A DNA stretch of 64,000 nucleotides from an uncultured Candidatus Binatia bacterium (GTDB lineage: Bacteria > Desulfobacterota > Binatia > UBA9968 > JAJDTQ01), in NCBI GenBank assembly GCA_965242525.1, contig OZ251459.1, positions 4,000,001 through 4,064,000 on the forward strand, given 5' to 3'. The translations under genes were made by a program, and so were the position numbers. A model generated the notes under the pieces. The model was not told where the DNA came from. It saw only the letters and a program-made list of their open reading frames with translations, and made no database searches. Each line of letters begins with the position of its first letter. Position 1 is the first letter of the stretch. Shown piece after piece: positions 62,549-64,000 of this stretch.

Positions 62549-64000
62549 TCCTCACCTCCGATGATCGTCGATTGCCTCGCGAGGACCTGTCCGTCGGAAT
62601 CCAGGACCACCACCGCGGCCGGCGCCCCCTCACGCTCGTCGTCGGGGACCAGCAGGCTCGCTGCGCCCTCGTCATCTGCCGGCCGCGCGCCCCCGCTGAC
62701 GCTCGAATCCGGGTCGTTGACCTGCGTTCGCAGATCGACGGACAGGCCCGGAGCGGCGCCCCCGAGCCGCACCCGGCACCGCAACCCGACCCACGAAACC
62801 GCGGCGACGTTGGTTTGCTCCCTGGCGGCAGCCGCGCCGGCGCTGACCCGAACCACCGGCACCAGGCATTCCTGGAGGCTGACCCCCCCGTGGACCCATT
62901 GGTTGCCCGCGCCGAAGCACGCGATGCCGGGGCCGACGGCCACCCGTTCCCGGGCGTTCCAACGCCAGGGTACGGTGGGGACCTCCGGCGCGGCCCCGTC
63001 CTGGACGGCCGCGCACCGCGCCCAGCGGCTCAGGGTGAGGTACTTCGGCAGATCGACCTTCGGCAGCCCGCCCGGAAGCCACAGCCAGCCGTGGTCCGTC
63101 ACCACCCGGACCTCGCGCCACCCGGCGCGGAGCAGGGCGTCGATGCGTTCCGCCAGCAGATCGACCTGTTCGTCGATCCGAGCCGCGAGCCTTCCTTGCA
63201 GTGAATGGCCCAGCTCGTCGATCCCGCCGTGTTCGGTCCAGGCCCGGCCCGACGGGTCTCCGGTCTCATCCGCGGTGATGTACGGGTAGCCGGCCGCGTC
63301 GAGAAGGGCGCGGAACCGATGGGTGGTGAGGGGTCCTCCGCCCTCCGTTACCGCGGGGAGGAAGTCCTCGCCGAGGGACCGCCCCTCGATGCGCTCCGCC
63401 ACCGGAGACACCGCGGGCTTGGCGGTGGCGGTGACCGTGGGGAGGGCGGCCCACCGGGTCGAGGCCGCTGCGGAACGGCCCCTGGTTTGCAGACGTTCCA
63501 ACAGCCGCTGCGCCACGTCCAGGCGCAGGGCGTCCGCGAAGAGGACCACCGTGCCGGGACCGGCGGGGGCATCGTCCCCCGGGAGCGCGGGCGTCTCGCC
63601 TGCGTCCGGACCGGGGAACGGCGCCGCATCCGCGAGCTCCTGGAGGCGCCGGGCCGCGGACTCCAGCCACGGACGGTAGATCGCGTCCAGCGCTGCGCTC
63701 ACGGCCTGGCCGTCCGCGGACGATTGCACCGCGGCCATGCCGTGGAGCGCCGCAGCGTCGATCTCCCAGGCTCCTTCGGCGTACAGACGGGCCATTTCGG
63801 CCGGGGAGGCCCCGCCGAGCTCGTTCGACGTGCGTCGCGCGAGGGTCGCCAGGTGCGCCAGGGCGCAGGCCAGCGGCGCCTGCCCGAGCTTCGCCCAGAC
63901 CCAGTTTCGCCTCTTGCCGTGCGTCCCTTCGAGCGACAGGACCTCGTCCCGGGCCTCGGACGGCGCATCGCCTCCCAGCTCCAGCAGGGCGCGCCGCAGG
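62545..64000 (-). CDS. pglZ: BREX phosphatase PglZ type B (5' end outside the window)
   Basis: FADALRLD, ALPTVTATAKPAV, IDELGH, VVTDHGW, HGGVSLQEC; the frame stays open to the window end (KRRNWVWAKLG). Confidence 0.88.
   Translation of the reverse strand, partial: LRRALLELGGDAPSEARDEVLSLEGTHGKRRNWVWAKLGQAPLACALAHLATLARRTSNELGGASPAEMARLYAEGAWEIDAAALHGMAAVQSSADGQAVSAALDAIYRPWLESAARRLQELADAAPFPGPDAGETPALPGDDAPAGPGTVVLFADALRLDVAQRLLERLQTRGRSAAASTRWAALPTVTATAKPAVSPVAERIEGRSLGEDFLPAVTEGGGPLTTHRFRALLDAAGYPYITADETGDPSGRAWTEHGGIDELGHSLQGRLAARIDEQVDLLAERIDALLRAGWREVRVVTDHGWLWLPGGLPKVDLPKYLTLSRWARCAAVQDGAAPEVPTVPWRWNARERVAVGPGIACFGAGNQWVHGGVSLQECLVPVVRVSAGAAAAREQTNVAAVSWVGLRCRVRLGGAAPGLSVDLRTQVNDPDSSVSGGARPADDEGAASLLVPDDEREGAPAAVVVLDSDGQVLARQSTIIGGED

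Overview
A GC-rich bacterial chromosomal window. The many LLM oxidoreductases, amidohydrolase-2 proteins, alpha/beta hydrolases, tripartite tricarboxylate transporter genes and an FN3-rich autotransporter suggest a Binatia/Deltaproteobacteria-like, possibly host-associated organism; this is inference only. It carries metabolic and housekeeping genes (ABC exporter, tRNA-Asn, otsB, YbdK-like ligase, M18 aminopeptidase, topB) and a glycosyltransferase/sulfotransferase/methyltransferase surface-glycan cluster. A compositionally distinct island (~50.3-55.3 kb) holds a YhhABC-type triceptide RiPP cluster with an HExxH enzyme, converging on a Septu-like ATPase + HNH pair. The end of a BREX locus (brxL, pglZ type B) runs off the window edge. 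The intergenic DNA is dominated by nested small mobile repeats: two REP-like palindrome families and two MITE families with 4-bp and probable 8-bp target-site duplications. One REP pair flanks an internally deleted GIY-YIG nuclease gene, and the short REP doublets elsewhere retain that gene's ends. This points to a REPIN-like system linked to a GIY-YIG nuclease rather than a RAYT. All calls come from reading motifs by eye; no database searches were run.
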